A stretch of DNA of 64,000 bases from Magallana gigas (lineage: Eukaryota): the NCBI RefSeq assembly GCF_963853765.1, contig NC_088858.1, positions 30,008,001 to 30,072,000 on the forward strand. Reading direction: 5' to 3'. This document shows, piece by piece, positions 12,101 through 25,240 of the stretch. How positions within the stretch are numbered: position 1 is the stretch's first letter; each line of letters starts with the position of its first letter. The notes under the pieces were generated by a model. That model saw nothing but the letters and a program-made list of their open reading frames with translations, was not told the DNA's origin and ran no database searches. The position numbers and the translations under genes are program-made.

Positions 12101-15100
12101 GAAGTTTATTTTCCTGGTTTGAATGAAACTACCGTAATTATACTTAATAGTCATTCTTGAATTTCATTGTACTTTAAACTTTTAGGTAACGGAATGTGCC
12201 AAAACTCTACAGTTCAAGCTTTCCAGTGGAACTTCCTTTGAGAAGCTGGAAAAAGAAGATATTGAGGGTTTGGGGCAGTTGTCAGAGTGGAGAAATGTCC
12301 AGGATCCAACACAGGCCAGTAGTGTGTTGTCTGTGTTACTCAGAACAGGGGACTACGAGACAGCCAAGCGCTGGTGTGCTTATGTCAGCTTTCCACAACA
12401 AAAGTCTTTGGTAATTAGTGAACATTATATAAATAGTGCCTGTTTGGGAGGGTAACAGTTGAAATTGACACCCCGAGAAAACCATTGTCAACCGACGCGA
12501 AGCGGAGGTTGACAATGGTTTTCGAGGGGTGTCAATTTCAACTGTTATCCTCCCAAACAGGCACTATTTATTTTGTTATACTGAATGTCTTTTTTAAAAT
12601 TTTTAAGAAAATTTTACTGCTTTTATATAGGAATAACGTGAATTCTACAGCGAACCGTACGCGCATAATTTTCGCGCATGTAACATTTTTTAATGTTACC
12701 CGTTGCCAAGTGCGTTGCTAACGCTGAGGGTAATAGCAGATATTATTAACTGCGTCTTAACCAATCAGATTTCAGTATTTAACATGAAAGTATAACAATA
12801 TATAAATAGTGCCTGTTTGGGAGGGTAACAGTTGAAATTGACACCCCGAGAAAACTTCGTGTCGGTTGACAATGGTTTTCGAGGGGTGTCAATTTCAACT
12901 GTTATCCTCCCAAACAGGCACTATTTATTTTTTTATACTGAATGTCTTAATTTTTAAGAAAATTTTACTGCTTTTATATAGGAATAACGTGAATTCTACA
13001 GCGAACCGTACGCGCATAATTTTCGCGCATGTAACATTTTTTAATGTTACCCGTTGCTAAGTGCGTTGCTAATGCTGAGGGTAATATAAAATATTATTAA
13101 CTGCGTCTTAACCAATCAGATTTCAGTATTTAACATGAAAGTATAACAATATGAATAAATATCAATAAATTTTAATATTTTACACATGTTTTGTTTGCTC
13201 AAGATTTTCATATGTATTGTATCTTTTCTTTAGGATGTCATAGAACATCAACTGTTCACACTTCTGGAAAACTCCAAGTCTAATTCAACCAAGTCATTTA
13301 TGGTGAGTTTTAAATTGACCATTAAAAAATGAAAACAAGCTATACTGGTAGATTTTTTTAAAAATCCATTATGATCTTGGAAGAACTGAATGATACAGTT
13401 TTTAACTCTCCCAATGTCTGTCATTCTTGTTCATTAGATATTAGAGGAATTGAAACAGACCAATGAGAAGGACTGTTGCAGAATCTGTGAGAATTTGCTG
13501 GAGAAATTGACCAGTCAGAAGGACTGTTTGTTTGTGGTGACTTACATGATAGAGCATCTGACTGGGGTGTTGACAGAGGAAAGAGTGGATGTTCTCCATC
13601 AGACACAAATTGGCTGTGAGGTTAGTTCATTTTAGCACACATATCTCCTACCCTCTCCTCGTTCTCCTCCATATATATTCCAACATCAGATAATCTGAGT
13701 GTCATCACTTTGATATACATGTACATGTACCGGATACCAGTGTACTTATTTTATGTTTTATGAGTATAATATTCAGCCAATTGTATGCTTTGAAATCATG
13801 TTTATTCTACGCATTAATATCATTTGATTCCAGATGTTGCTTTGCATGCCAGAGCCGTTTGTTTGTGACTATCGCCCTCTAGTGTCAGAACCAAAACTGA
13901 TGTTAGAACAGCTGCTGATGAACATGAAGGTATGAGTACCTGTTGTACAGAAAACCGGCATGGCATGTCTCTTTTCCTTAAATAAACAAATTAGGGTTGG
14001 AATATATCTGCTCAGTGATAGCCTCCTTTATTTATTTTTTGTAAATCAACCAAAATAGACTAAAGGTTTGACTTAATATGACATTGTGTAAAATAATAAA
14101 AAAGATAAGAAATAATATCTATGAATTTTAAATTAAAATCCTGTCTGGTGATCCAAACTTTAAATCATTGGGTTTTTCTACACTAACATTTAGTGATTTT
14201 ATCACACTAAAATTTTATTATTATTATTATTCTTTAACAAATGATTCATTGAAAAATATAACTGTTTGATATCATCCTAAAAACATCCAATGAATAATCC
14301 TAGTTAATCAGAAGTTCCTTTTTTGGAATCAATATGAATACCTGTAAATAGATTTAAAAAAAAACCCAGCTGTTACAGTAGTACTATGATAGCTAGGAAG
14401 TATAATTTATAAACAAATTCTTTATCTAGGTTGAGCTAGCTAGTCAGGCTTTTCAGAAAGTCCAATATAAACTGGAGAAACTGAGAAGTTCTGCTCAAAG
14501 GTTCACACAGCAAGATTTTAACAAGTTGATAGCTGAATATGCAACAAAGGCCCTGGAGTTTATTGTCATACAGTATGCAGAACTCGGTGAGTGTAATGCA
14601 AGTTAAGTTACATGTAAAGAAATATTCTGTTAAGACTTTAATCGCATTTTTCATTGTTGACTTTATGCTTTGGTACAAACTATTCCTCAGACAAAGATCG
14701 CTCACAGTCTCAACAATCGAACGCCTCAGATGGCTCCTCAGATAAGTTGGAGGGAACAACAGACAAATCGCCTACAAAGAGAACTAGTTTATCGGAGTCC
14801 GTCAGAATCAGGAGGAGCATTGATTACACAGGTCAGAATTCTAATCGGAGTTGATGAAAAGTAGGACAATGTGACAATAGGTCTCCTTCTCTGTAGAATT
14901 AGATGATCAAGAATATCATGCTTGTGATCTCCAGTAATATTTTGTCACTTAAAGAGTTGCCAAGCTTTTTGGATTCAAATGAGTGATTTTTTTTAATGGT
15001 GTCTTCTTCTTACCCATTAAGATATACAGTAAAATTTGTTTTAGTATTAACACAGATATAGTGAAAGCCAGCCAAATTTTGTAAAGTCCCTAGCTGGCAA

Positions 15101-18100
15101 AATTTCTAGCAAATCATTCTAAAATGTAGTAGTTAAACAAGCCAGGTTATATTAATTTTTTTGATATAGTAAACTTATTTTGAGTTTGTAGAAGTGAAAA
15201 AATAATGAAATTTACATCTTTTAAATGTAATACTTATAGAATTACTAATTGATGTTATTTTTTGAATAAATTTATTACCTCATAAAGCCTTCAATTTACA
15301 TTTTGGTTACATAAGGTTTCCTAAAAAATTCATTTTCATTATTATGAAACACCCCCATTAAATTGTAGTTTTTGGTAGAAGAAAAACTGTCAATCATATA
15401 ATTATTTACTATACTTATAATTACAAGTTCGCTATACATATTTAATGAATTATGGAATACGATATACATGTAGTGAAGTAAACCCACTGTTCCCTAGGTC
15501 TTCACTATTACCAAGTTTTCCTGTATGTGTTTGATAGATATTTATCAGCTAAATTTTTAGGTTATAGCTTTTTCATTCACTCACAGAAAATTTATTATAA
15601 TTTGTCAGCTATCTTAGTTAAATATTCCACTAAAGGTATTTATATAATTGTTCAGTTTTTCTGTTTTTGCCTGACTGAATTACAGCATTCATCTATTTCT
15701 GCGATATTTTTTTTGTCTGAATTTTACTTATTATCCTTGCTCCATGTACTTTGCAACATCCTTTTGCATTCATAATTTCAGACTTCTTTTAATTAGGGTT
15801 AATGTTTGAAGGACAATGAAAATGCTTCAAGAAGTTGAAAACATACTTTGTGAACCTTGCATTATAATCAATATCCATGCATGCTGCTTCAATCTATGAT
15901 GCATGCAGTTCATACAGGAAATGATTAAATGCTGTATTCAAAGAAAACTGACATTTAATTAATACTTTCTGGTACATGTTATTCAACATGTTCAAGAGGC
16001 AATCTAATTTATCAAATATGAATGCAATTGATGCTTGTAATGTGTATTGAGTGAGGCGATTTAAGTTTTAGACGTTCTGCTTTTTATATACTGTTAATAT
16101 ATACATGTATTATAATAATCAAATCAATATATTCTAATCCACAATAAAAATTATATACCGGTATTCCAATGTACTCATAATTTTTAAACATTTAACAACA
16201 GGGCTATATATAGTCACCCTACAATATGATCTAATGGGGGGGGGGGGATTGTCTCTTCAGAAACACTTGAAGACTCATTCAGATCCCCCAGTTCAGCTTA
16301 CCGGTACTATAATTGCATTAAAACTCTATTGTTATGTTAAATATGGCATCATTTTATTTCACTTCCTCGTTTTATTTTAGTCATAAAAAGGGTTTACATG
16401 TATTTCAGATCAACCTTGACTGTTAGACATTCATGTATATTAGCAATTTAAAAAGTTCACTGAAGTTGGTTGGTCAAGTGATCAAATCCTGTGAAGCCTG
16501 AAGGGCTTCTCATTAGATTTGATCAAGTACCAACCAACTTCATATCCCGAAGAACTTTTTAACATTGCTGTTTATTACTTATATTTACGTCTGAGAAAGA
16601 GAAATTGTTCGGAACTATTAATATTAGCGAGATTTTATGCTTATAATAATCCAAGCAACAAGCGATAAGTGCATGCTATGATCATTGTGACGTCATGAAA
16701 AAGTTCATACAGAATTGAACGTTTTCTATAGGTTCATATAAGGAAACATATTTGCAAATGTAAATGTATCAATATAAATATCAGAAAGATTAAAGTTTGA
16801 AACACCTTTCGTAATTTTTCAACTCAGTTCATGTACATATTTGACAAGATGTATTAATAGGTTAAATTGATATTGAAAACCACATTAATTAAAAAGAAAA
16901 ATTAATCCTTGAAATTTTTATGCCCCCCTTCGAAGAAGGGGGGCATATTGCTTTGCTGTCTGTCGGTCAGTCGGTCCACCATCAGTTTCCGTTCATTTTC
17001 TTTGCAAAGGATGAACATATTGAAATGAAATTTGGTATACAGGTTTATCATGATAATATCTAGATCAAGTTCAATATTGGGTATGATCGAGCAATTTTCG
17101 ACAGAGTTATGGCCCTTTGACTTAGAAAAATTTTTGAGTTATTTGCAGTTTCTGGTCATTTTCTTCGCATAGGATGAACATATTGAAATGAAATTTGGTA
17201 TACAGGTTTATCATGATTATATCTAGATCAATTTCGATATTGGGTATGATCGAGCAATTTTCGACAGAGTTATGGCCCTTGGACTTAGAAAAATTTGAGT
17301 TATTTGCAGTTTCGGGTCATTTTCTTCGCATAGGATAAACATATTGAAATGAAATTTAGTATACCCGTTTATCATGGACGTAGAAAAATTTGAGTTATTT
17401 GCAGTTTCCGCTCATTTTCTTTGCAGAGGGTGCACATATTGATATGAAATTTGGTATACAGGTTTATCTAAATAATATCTAGGTCAAGTTTGATTTTGGG
17501 TGTGATAGAGCAATTTCCGACAGAGTTTTGCCCCTTGGAATTCCAAATATTTGCAGTTTACGTTCATTTTCTTTGTGCCTCTGGATGTTTCCAAGGGAGG
17601 GGGGCATAAGTGTTTCACAAACATCTCTTGTTATTTCATAAGCTTACTTATGCAAGTAATTAAATATGCTGATTAAATTAAAACTTGTTACATGGACATG
17701 TACACTGTCTTTGGATTAAGTTAACTTTAAATTTACTGCTTCAGTCTCCATCATCTAATAAAAAACTCTGACTCAAAATTTCTTTTGTTTCTCCACAATA
17801 CTTTATCTTTGGATTTAATTTTTTTGTGTTGAAATGTTGAAATTCTGTATCTATTATTAATTTAACCCTAAAAGAAAATTTCTAAATAATATTTAAAGAT
17901 TAAAACTTCTTTCATATCTATATACATGTACCGGTATATATATATTTTTTTTATGAATTATTAGGTTTTAACAGACATCCTCTCAGTCAAAGTCCTAGCA
18001 TAGGTTCTGTTGTCAAGAGCAACAAAATTAACAAGTTTGTGATGCCAGCTGAGCCCCCACCCAGAGAAAAATGGCAGCCGGACAATGCCACACAAACATG

Positions 18101-21100
18101 CATGGTCTGTCGAGTCGAGAGATTCAGTATGGTAAGTATTTTGATAATAACTATAATACTATATACGGTAAGTGAAAAGATCTTCAAAATACATGTATAC
18201 ATTCATTGTGCTTTAATAAATATCTATAGATTTCTGACCATTTTGTAAATTCTAGTACATTGTAATAGAATTAAGTTTCATCATTTGCCCTCTGCTTTAT
18301 TATATTATGTATCTTCGAATGACATTGTCTGCATGATAAAAAGATTTTTTTAAAGACTATATAATAAATCATAAAAATAGAATCCAAAAGTTTATAGAAT
18401 GATACTTCAGTATATTGAGCTTACTTGTATTATTTCCTATTGATAAGGCATAAAATCTGTTTGGTTTGTTTAGTTCAACAGACGGCATCACTGTCGTAGA
18501 TGTGGCAGAGTTGTCTGCTCTTCCTGTTCAACAAAAACCTCATTGGTCAATGGTTTGGAGGTTAGGACATGTGATGACTGCTACGCTCAGTTATTCAATT
18601 CAAGGTAAACATATTAAGCTGACTTATTTCCAACCCATTATTAATACATGTATATGGTAAAAATTCATATCACAATATGATTAGAAGCTATCTGATAATT
18701 AATTATTTTTAAAAAGTGGTAAGCCTCTTTGGAATTTCAAGTCCTATAAATCACAATGCATGCATGTAATGATACAGTCATGACCGTCAACAGAAATACA
18801 TTAGACAGGTTTTTAAAGTCCATGCATAGAAGGAATGTTTTAAGTTATGATACCCAGTATTTTGAGTCTTATTATACCGGTAGTTAAAACTTAATGAACA
18901 GATAATCTAGCTTATATGTGTATACAAATTGAATCTGTTGTACATTGATAAATTTGATAGGCTTTTACTGATGAGGATGTATGACTCTTGGTTTTCTTTA
19001 ATGTAGAAAACCGGACGTTGAGATTTACCAGCAGTCCTCTGACAACTTGTCTGGTTCGAGTCTCACATCACGCGCATTTGGTCCAAGCTTTGCCACAATC
19101 CCAGAGCATGGGGAATCCATGAACCTTGCTGATGCTTTGCATCATTCAGAGCTGATATGGAAGCTGAAATCAAAAGACCCTGTGCATAATAAGATGGTTC
19201 GAGAGGATTTCTATTTTGAACAAGTAAGTTCATGTGAAAATTCTTAAAAGGTGTCTAACTATGCATATAAGGTTTAGAGCTAAGGAATAAAAAATTAGAT
19301 TGACTTATTTAACAGTTACTGATGTTTTTGTCAAATTGAAATATTTTAACTCGCAAAGTTTTTCAAAGTGTAGAAACTCCTTAAGTTAAATCTGTCTTTA
19401 TATTGAGTCTGCTTTGCTAATTACTTGATCTTACTCCACAGGCTCCCAGTACCTCACTGTGTCTGTCTCTGCTGGGTCTACACAGTAAGCCTCACAAATG
19501 TGGACAGCTGATGCTAGATCTGTGTGACAATCTGTCCCATTACCTGAAACCCATTGCCCCCGGGGTTCCCAACCCAGAGGTGGACTATGGACTTGTTCTC
19601 AGGTTAGCTTTTCAAATTAAATAAATATGAATGAGTAATTTACATTACATGAACGTGTACTTTAAAATGAAGGCATAATTTTTAGAATGCTAGAAAAATC
19701 CTCAAGAATTTTTCAAAATACTTTTTTTCCATTTTAGGCAAAAGTTAATTTAAAATGGACTCTTTAATTTTCATTCAATTTTTTTTTTTCAAGCATGATG
19801 AAAACTTTACTGATGCATTCCAAAATGCAGTACATCAACATAGGAGACCCTCAGGGGCTGGTGCGGTGTGAGACTTATCAGAGTCACCTTGACCTGCTCG
19901 GGATACTGGTCGAGGACAACTACACGGACCTCCCCACTCTACAGGAGCTCACCAAGAAAGACTATGTCACGTAAGCCAAGGTTTCCATAGCCATACATAT
20001 ATATTGAGGAGATAATGACTTTTTTTCATTTCTTATTTTTTGGGGACAATGCTGTCTCTTTGATTCTATTAAATATTGTCTTGAATAGATGTTCAGTGTT
20101 TCATTGTAAATGATATCTTTGGTTTCAAAACTGAAGAAGTATAAATTCATGTGAAAGTTTCTATGAAAGATTTTGACTAATTAGCAGCTCCTTGCCGTCA
20201 TCAGTTTGAAGTGTCCTATTGTGACATTCTCCGATTGTTTCATTGGTAGGCGGATGAGAGATAAGCTGATTCAGGTGGAGCGGCTCCACTTAGCAGTGGA
20301 AGTATCCACTAAATGTGGACTGGACCCAGCTGGGGTGTGGGCAGCCTGGGGAATGAACTGTCTCATTAATGGAGACTTCCCACAGGCCAGGGAAAAATTC
20401 AATCGATGTTTGAAGGTCAGCTGTGTAGTATTTTATTGTGTTACTGTTATTACAGCCTGTAAACCAACTTTTATCAGCATGCAAGAAAATTTCATGAGAT
20501 TCAGAACCTCATCATTGCAAATATTTTTGCTGGAAATTAATTGTTTTATGTCTTTTAGCCATTGTCTGACCGCAATCAAGTGATATATCCTCCCAAACTC
20601 CTAGCAGATGTGATTGACTTTCTAGAATCTACCCCATCAGCTGTTACTAAGCATGTGAGTACCGGTATATTGATTTGTAAAACTGAACCTGATTTTATCA
20701 TGTATCTCTACTACATTGATGCTGATAATGAATTTTCGTTTTTAGTTACAGCTGATGAAAACCAAAAGAGGAACGTGGCAGGATTTGTTAGCAGATCCGT
20801 TATTGGTAAGATCATTTCATTAGGCCTGCACATTCTGTACAAAAAAAGCCCTTCCCATGCATTGAATTATGCTGAAGACAAAAAAACCCTGCATTTTTGA
20901 AGTACCGTAACTGGTACTGTTAGTCTGATTTGTCATGCAGTATGTCCATTATATAATTATTGGGTGTAATGCTAGAAGAATTTATAAATATGGCACGTAT
21001 AAATATGTGACTATCAAGATACTGAATGGATATATTTACTTGGAGCTGCATCTATTTATCAGCATCTTTATTCTGTGTTTAAGGTCACTGAGGAAGGTGA

Positions 21101-24078
21101 TCCAAACTCCATACAATATGTAGAATGTCATTATTACCTGAAAACTTACGCTAGTTTCTACACCATCATTGACTTTCACCGCAGAAATGGAAGATGGATG
21201 AAAGCAGTACAGTTTATTCTAGATCAGGTGTGATAAATGTTTTGTTTTGAATTTATTGTTTTAGTGTATAGAATTTAAGATACAGATGTTTTAATATCCA
21301 ATTCAGCTTATAAGCCAGGCTTATGTACATATTCCTACATGTCTTTTAAGAGTGATGTTTGGAAAAAATTCCTATAAGACCTCATAGATAATTCATTTTG
21401 GAACTATAAACTTAGATTTTAGCTCTGATGAAATCCACAAAAAATTGTTATCATAAAGTAAATACATGTACTTACTGATTATTGTGTAGCTTATGCCATG
21501 AGTTAAAAACAGGAAATCTCTTAAGTTCTTTAGTAATAAACTGGTATGACTCTACCTGCATTCTTTTAGAAATGTTCAAAGGACGTATTTGTGGAATCTT
21601 TGTTGATCCCTGCGCTCAAGTCTGGAGAACTGGGAAAGTTGACCGACCAGATGGTAATGTTGGATCCTTCCCTAGAGAAATGGAATCCCTATCTGACAGC
21701 CACCTGTCGGCATCTGGTCAAGAACCGCCTGTACCATGTTCTGTATGAATTCCAAATATTCATGAAGGTAAGAATTGTTTCAGTTTCAATTAATCCATAA
21801 AATCTTTTCCCATATTTTCCTGTTGATGTACTTGTCAATATACATGAGATTTTAGAAAGTTTAAAAAATCTACATTTACATGGTTAACCCTGGAACTGTT
21901 AAATAAAACATACAATCTACACCATTAGTTTCATTGTGTTTACATATACAAGTGTATCATATATATTGTTCAATTTTTTTGTACAGGATTTCATTCGAGC
22001 TGCCATGACCTGCATCAACTATTTCTATCAGGGTGGTGCTAACAGCTACCTGGATCTATACACCAGAATCAGCTACCTCCACACCGCCCTCAGACACATG
22101 CAGTCTTACCTCGACCCCTCGGAGTGGGGCAGTGTCAAGCGGCCCACCATGTCAGAGGAGTCCAACTTCAGTACCTCAGGTCAAAGTTCAGACCCTGTCA
22201 GACTGACCCAGTCTCCAGAGGACGTGTCAAGGTCAGTCTTTCTTGTTTATGTTCATTTGAATTTTGAGTGTAGAGAAACGTATGCTACGTAATTAAATTC
22301 ATGCATATTGAACTCCTTAACTGACTTCTTTTATGTCTTAATTATTGTACATGTACCAAAAAAATGTAATCACTATATTATTTCCTTAATAAAATTACAC
22401 ATAATTTCATTTTTTTTCTTCAAATACATGTATTACCAAAGTTCTTTTTATGGATGCAAGTCTATCTAATTATTCTACAGAAACATAAGAACTGTGTCCA
22501 TACAGATAGAGATAACAAAGTACCTGTACAAGTGCCTTACCAACCCTGACCCTGAGGTTACCATGCCTACCCCGGTCTCTGACAGCAAGAGACCGTACCT
22601 GCCCACCATGTTTGGTAACACCAAGACAAGGACTGATCTCGTCAACATGGTACATATGTCTCATCTTTATCGATAAGATATCTGATTGATTTGCTCATAT
22701 ATACATATCTGATAAATGGGTTTGTCTAAAGTTTGTGTTATTTATAATTTTTGAGAGGAAATTTTATTGTTTTGATTTTTCAATTAGGTAATATTGCAAT
22801 AAAGGTCTTAATATATAAAATACAAAATGTTGTGCTTGTTCATACTTTGTTCTATATATTTAAAAAAATTGTGAAGATACATGTAACTTTCTCCAACAGT
22901 TATGTAACTGTAATTCTAATTCCTTTGTAAATTTGTAGGTTCTCCTAAGTGGAAATGATATTGCAACAGCTTTTGAACTGTCCTATAAAATAATTAAGGT
23001 AAACATTTTTTCTTCTCCCTTTCAGAGATTAGTGTTATCTTAAAAATAAAGTGCTTCATAGTGACATATCTAAGTTGTTTATGAAGAAATTTCATCCATT
23101 TGACCTTGAAATCATTAAAGGGGAGTAACTCAAGCAGATAATGCCTACTGATGAGCTTATTACACAGCAGTTGATTTTGAAATGAATGCTTATTTATAAA
23201 TTTGTGTCAATATTTTATCATCCAACTGTATACTCCTCTGTATAAAATTTTTAACTAGGAATATAAACTAGGCGGCACTGCAATCTTCACTCATGTTGCA
23301 AGAGAGATGGCCAAAGCTCGAAGGTTTGCTTATGTTAGATCGCTGCTGGACTCCATTGCAAAGGTTGGCTTTGGTGACAATGACACGGTGGATGAAATTG
23401 TCGGGGCCTGTATTCTTGTCATCTCCAACAATCCGTCAGAGGTAGGTGATTTTATTTTTAATACATGTATGTATATTGATTTGACATTTGCAATGTAGAA
23501 TTACTTGATAAGTTGTTTTTGTGATGATTAAATATTGACTGTTTTCGTGATCTATTTTCCATGGTAAAAAATACTATGCACAGAAATTATATTTGAAAAA
23601 TTCACAAAATATGACTGACGCAAGAAGTTACATATTTACCTGATTTTAGCAAGTTTTGTGAAACATGGAAAAAGTATAGGCCTACCAGTATATGGCATAT
23701 AACAATTATCTTTTTAATGAACATGGTGTTCTAATTAGATGAACTATTTTTTAGACAAAAGAAGCAGAAAACCTCATCAAATTATTGAAAAAGGATTCAA
23801 ATAAAGTAAGCTATATGTTCACTGAAAGTTTCTGATCATTGACTATTTAACCATATTCAATGTTTCCCTTGATATATTTCCCCTTGATATATTTTCTTAC
23901 TGATTTGCAGATCAATGCCTATATACTTTGTGGAAAGTTAAGGTCGGCGTACTTGATGGCAGTGAAATCTGAACGTGTGGAAGATGTCCAGAGAATTTGT
24001 GGAGCCGCTCAGCGAATGGGACAGACTGCGGTCAAAAACATCTGTGACAAGTGGTTACAGCAGAGGGGAAAACCATGA
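151..24078 (+). CDS. ZFYVE26: Spastizin / zinc finger FYVE domain-containing protein 26 (multi-exon, 5'-partial, roughly 3000 aa encoded in the window)
   Basis: GT-AG exons read from sequence include 151-889, 1032-1199, 1322-1410, 1774-1955, 3390-4610, 4880-5064, 5355-6252, 7681-8125, 9888-10870, 12186-12410, 13234-13302, 13438-13620, 13834-13929, 14430-14586, 17965-18131, 18474-18604, 20559-20654, 21084-21227, 21571-21768 and a last exon ending GKP-TGA at 24076-24078. Some boundaries are approximate. Recognised motifs: STMLSSPETLLNMCIRKQNFNHAAEVIK, LMLEQLLMNMK, the FYVE domain (WQPD..CMVC..RRHHCRRCGRVVC..C..C..C), DKLIQVERLHLAVEVSTKCGLD, and C-terminal INAYILCGKLRSAYLMAVK..VKNICDKWL. All resemble human SPG15/ZFYVE26 as I recall it. 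Confidence 0.95.
2348..3238 (+). mobile_element. Non-autonomous Helentron/Helitron-type element with degenerate ~165-bp internal satellite-like units, in a ZFYVE26 intron
   Basis: It starts in a T-run with AGCTCA..TGAGCT subterminal palindromes followed by a GTCT-rich stretch. Internal related units begin AAGCAT..G(G/T)A..GATTCAAGTTTGTTCAAAT (about 2490, 2590, 2750). It ends with the 3' hairpin GGCCCATGGGCC plus TCTTT. This matches the oyster HINE/Cg170-associated architecture as I recall it. Confidence 0.75.
7681..9412 (+). other. DUF547-like domain encoded in-frame within ZFYVE26 (exons 7681-8125, 8347-8432, 8560-8660, 8922-9014, 9261-9412)
   Basis: The spliced peptide reads ..PEYKELMAGIEAFRDLDLNLLKSRNEKLCFHGNLQNLMFLH..FSYTIGQLGKVSLFDLKFVLNR..DPWTKFALQPEPRLLFVTTSCAESSPPLQILNPELVKSQLQSAMKEYL..VQIDKANNTITLPELLMWYRQDF. 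It follows the DUF547 blocks (EKLAFWINxYNAL, YxIGG..SLDDIE, DPRIHFALxCxxxSCPP, LxxIFxWYxxDF) in the correct order. Exon phases are compatible. Confidence 0.75.
10930..11995. mobile_element. Non-autonomous Tc1/mariner-type DNA transposon (1066 bp)
   Basis: Perfect 27-bp TIRs CGAGGGTCAATCAAAAAATACGAAGAC / GTCTTCGTATTTTTTGATTGACCCTCG, flanked by TA (10928-29 and 11996-97). There is no transposase ORF inside. Confidence 0.92.
12427..13149. mobile_element. Head-to-tail tandem pair (~373-bp period) of a long-hairpin non-autonomous repeat (Crypton-like)
   Basis: Two near-identical units start AAATAGTGCCTGTTTGGGAG at 12431 and 12804, and both end TTAACCAATCAGATTTCAGTATTTAACATGAAAGTATAACAA. Each opens with a long inverted repeat (copy 1: 12429-12571). 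The family name is from memory of similar repeats. Confidence 0.8.
16450..16560. repeat. Imperfect ~110-bp hairpin, probably the end of a second hairpin-type repeat family
   Basis: Arm pairs are AAAAAGTTC/GAACTTTTT, TGAAGTTGGTTGGT/ACCAACCAACTTCA and TGATCAAATC/GATTTGATCA, with centre GAAGCC-TGAA-GGGCTTC. Confidence 0.7.
16915..17632 (+). mobile_element. Helentron-type non-autonomous element with an internal array of ~160-bp tandem repeats
   Basis: 5' TTTTATGCCCCCCTTCGAAGAAGGGGGGCAT palindrome, then GTCTGTCGGTCAGTC, then about four copies of TTTCCGTTCATTTTCTT..GAACATATTGAAATGAAATTTGGTATACAGGTTTATC.. (starting about 16986, 17150, 17310, 17405; the third is truncated). The 3' subterminal GGGGGGCAT is followed by hairpin GTGTTTCACAAACA(T) and CTCTTGTT. 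Confidence 0.85.
17965..18604 (+). other. ZFYVE26: FYVE zinc-finger domain of ZFYVE26, split over two exons
   Basis: Exon 17965-18131 gives EKWQPDNATQTCMVCRVERFSM. Exon 18474-18604 gives FNRRHHCRRCGRVVCSSCSTKTSLVNGLEVRTCDDCY. These contain the WxxD, R(R/K)HHCR and RxC FYVE signatures. Confidence 0.95.
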
Positions 24079-24764
24079 AGAGTTCCGACAACGAGACTAT
24101 ATAAGTGATATTTAAATCTGTTATTGTTGGATTACAATTTTTGGATGAAAGGAGAGCAAGAGAAACCAAGTAGTTAAAATAAAACATGTTTTTATCATTT
24201 AAGAATGTTTAACCATTATATGAGTACATTTCCAGAATTCTTGATTTCATGGTGCTTAAATTGTATTTCCAGAAAACATTTGAAAATGTGTTCGCATTTC
24301 TGTATTCCATTATTAGTCATATGTGAAACAGCTTTTTTGTGCCAAAGTAAGGCTTGTTGATAAAACTAATTAATATTTGTACATGTAATTAATAGATATG
24401 TGAGCTGCATGTGATAATAGGATTTTTTTCATGTGATACATGTATGTGATATGAAAATGATTCCAATATTGTGTATACTGCTGTACAGGTATACTGTGCA
24501 TGTATTTGGTTGTTTGCATAACATGACAGGATATTTACCGGTATGGGAAATCATTTTATCATGATAACCTTTACACACTATAAACATACACTGTACAAGC
24601 AGTGAATTTTTGTCTGTGGATCATGTTTGATTAACTTGGTCGTAACAATAAGATATTTGTTTCTTGGACTGTATTATACATATAAAATTGATATGTACAC
24701 ATTAAATTAACCAAAAATAATACTCTCTTAAGCTGGTGTATAATTAGGGACCCTCTCTGCAGGT

Positions 24765-25240
24765 GCCCTTTAGTGATCAGCCTGCCCATCCGTCTGTCTG
24801 AAAATACTTGTATGGAGCATATTTTCTCTCCCTTGGCCCAAGCTGGGTCATACTTCACCAACAGAGTGCCTCTGGGTAAAGGGTGTCCAATGACCTTGAA
24901 CTAAGTTTCTAGGTCAAGGGTCAAGGTCATATCAGACCTCATTATAAAATCCTTGTCCAAACCATATAATTATTCTCTCTTAAACCTATCTGACTCATAT
25001 TTTACATAAAAAGAGCATTTTGATAAAGGTGTGCAGTGACCTTGGATTATAGTTTAAGTTGAAATGTAATGGGCATAGCAGATCACTAGATCACTTAAAA
25101 ACCCAGTTTTGGATCATAAATTCTCTCCTATTTGTCCAATCTTGCATAGATTAAACCAAAAGAATTACTATTGGTAAGGAGTTTGCAGTGACAATGAAGT
25201 TCTATTTCAAAAGGTTCAGGTCAAAGCAAAGTTCTCTGAA
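24765..25240 (+). repeat. Degenerate Helentron-type repeat fragment between ZFYVE26 and MRPL11
   Basis: It has a CCATCCGTCTGTCTG microsatellite-like start, then related units with GTGACCTTG(A/G)..AGGTCAAGGTC motifs at about 24890, 25040 and 25190. Confidence 0.5.
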
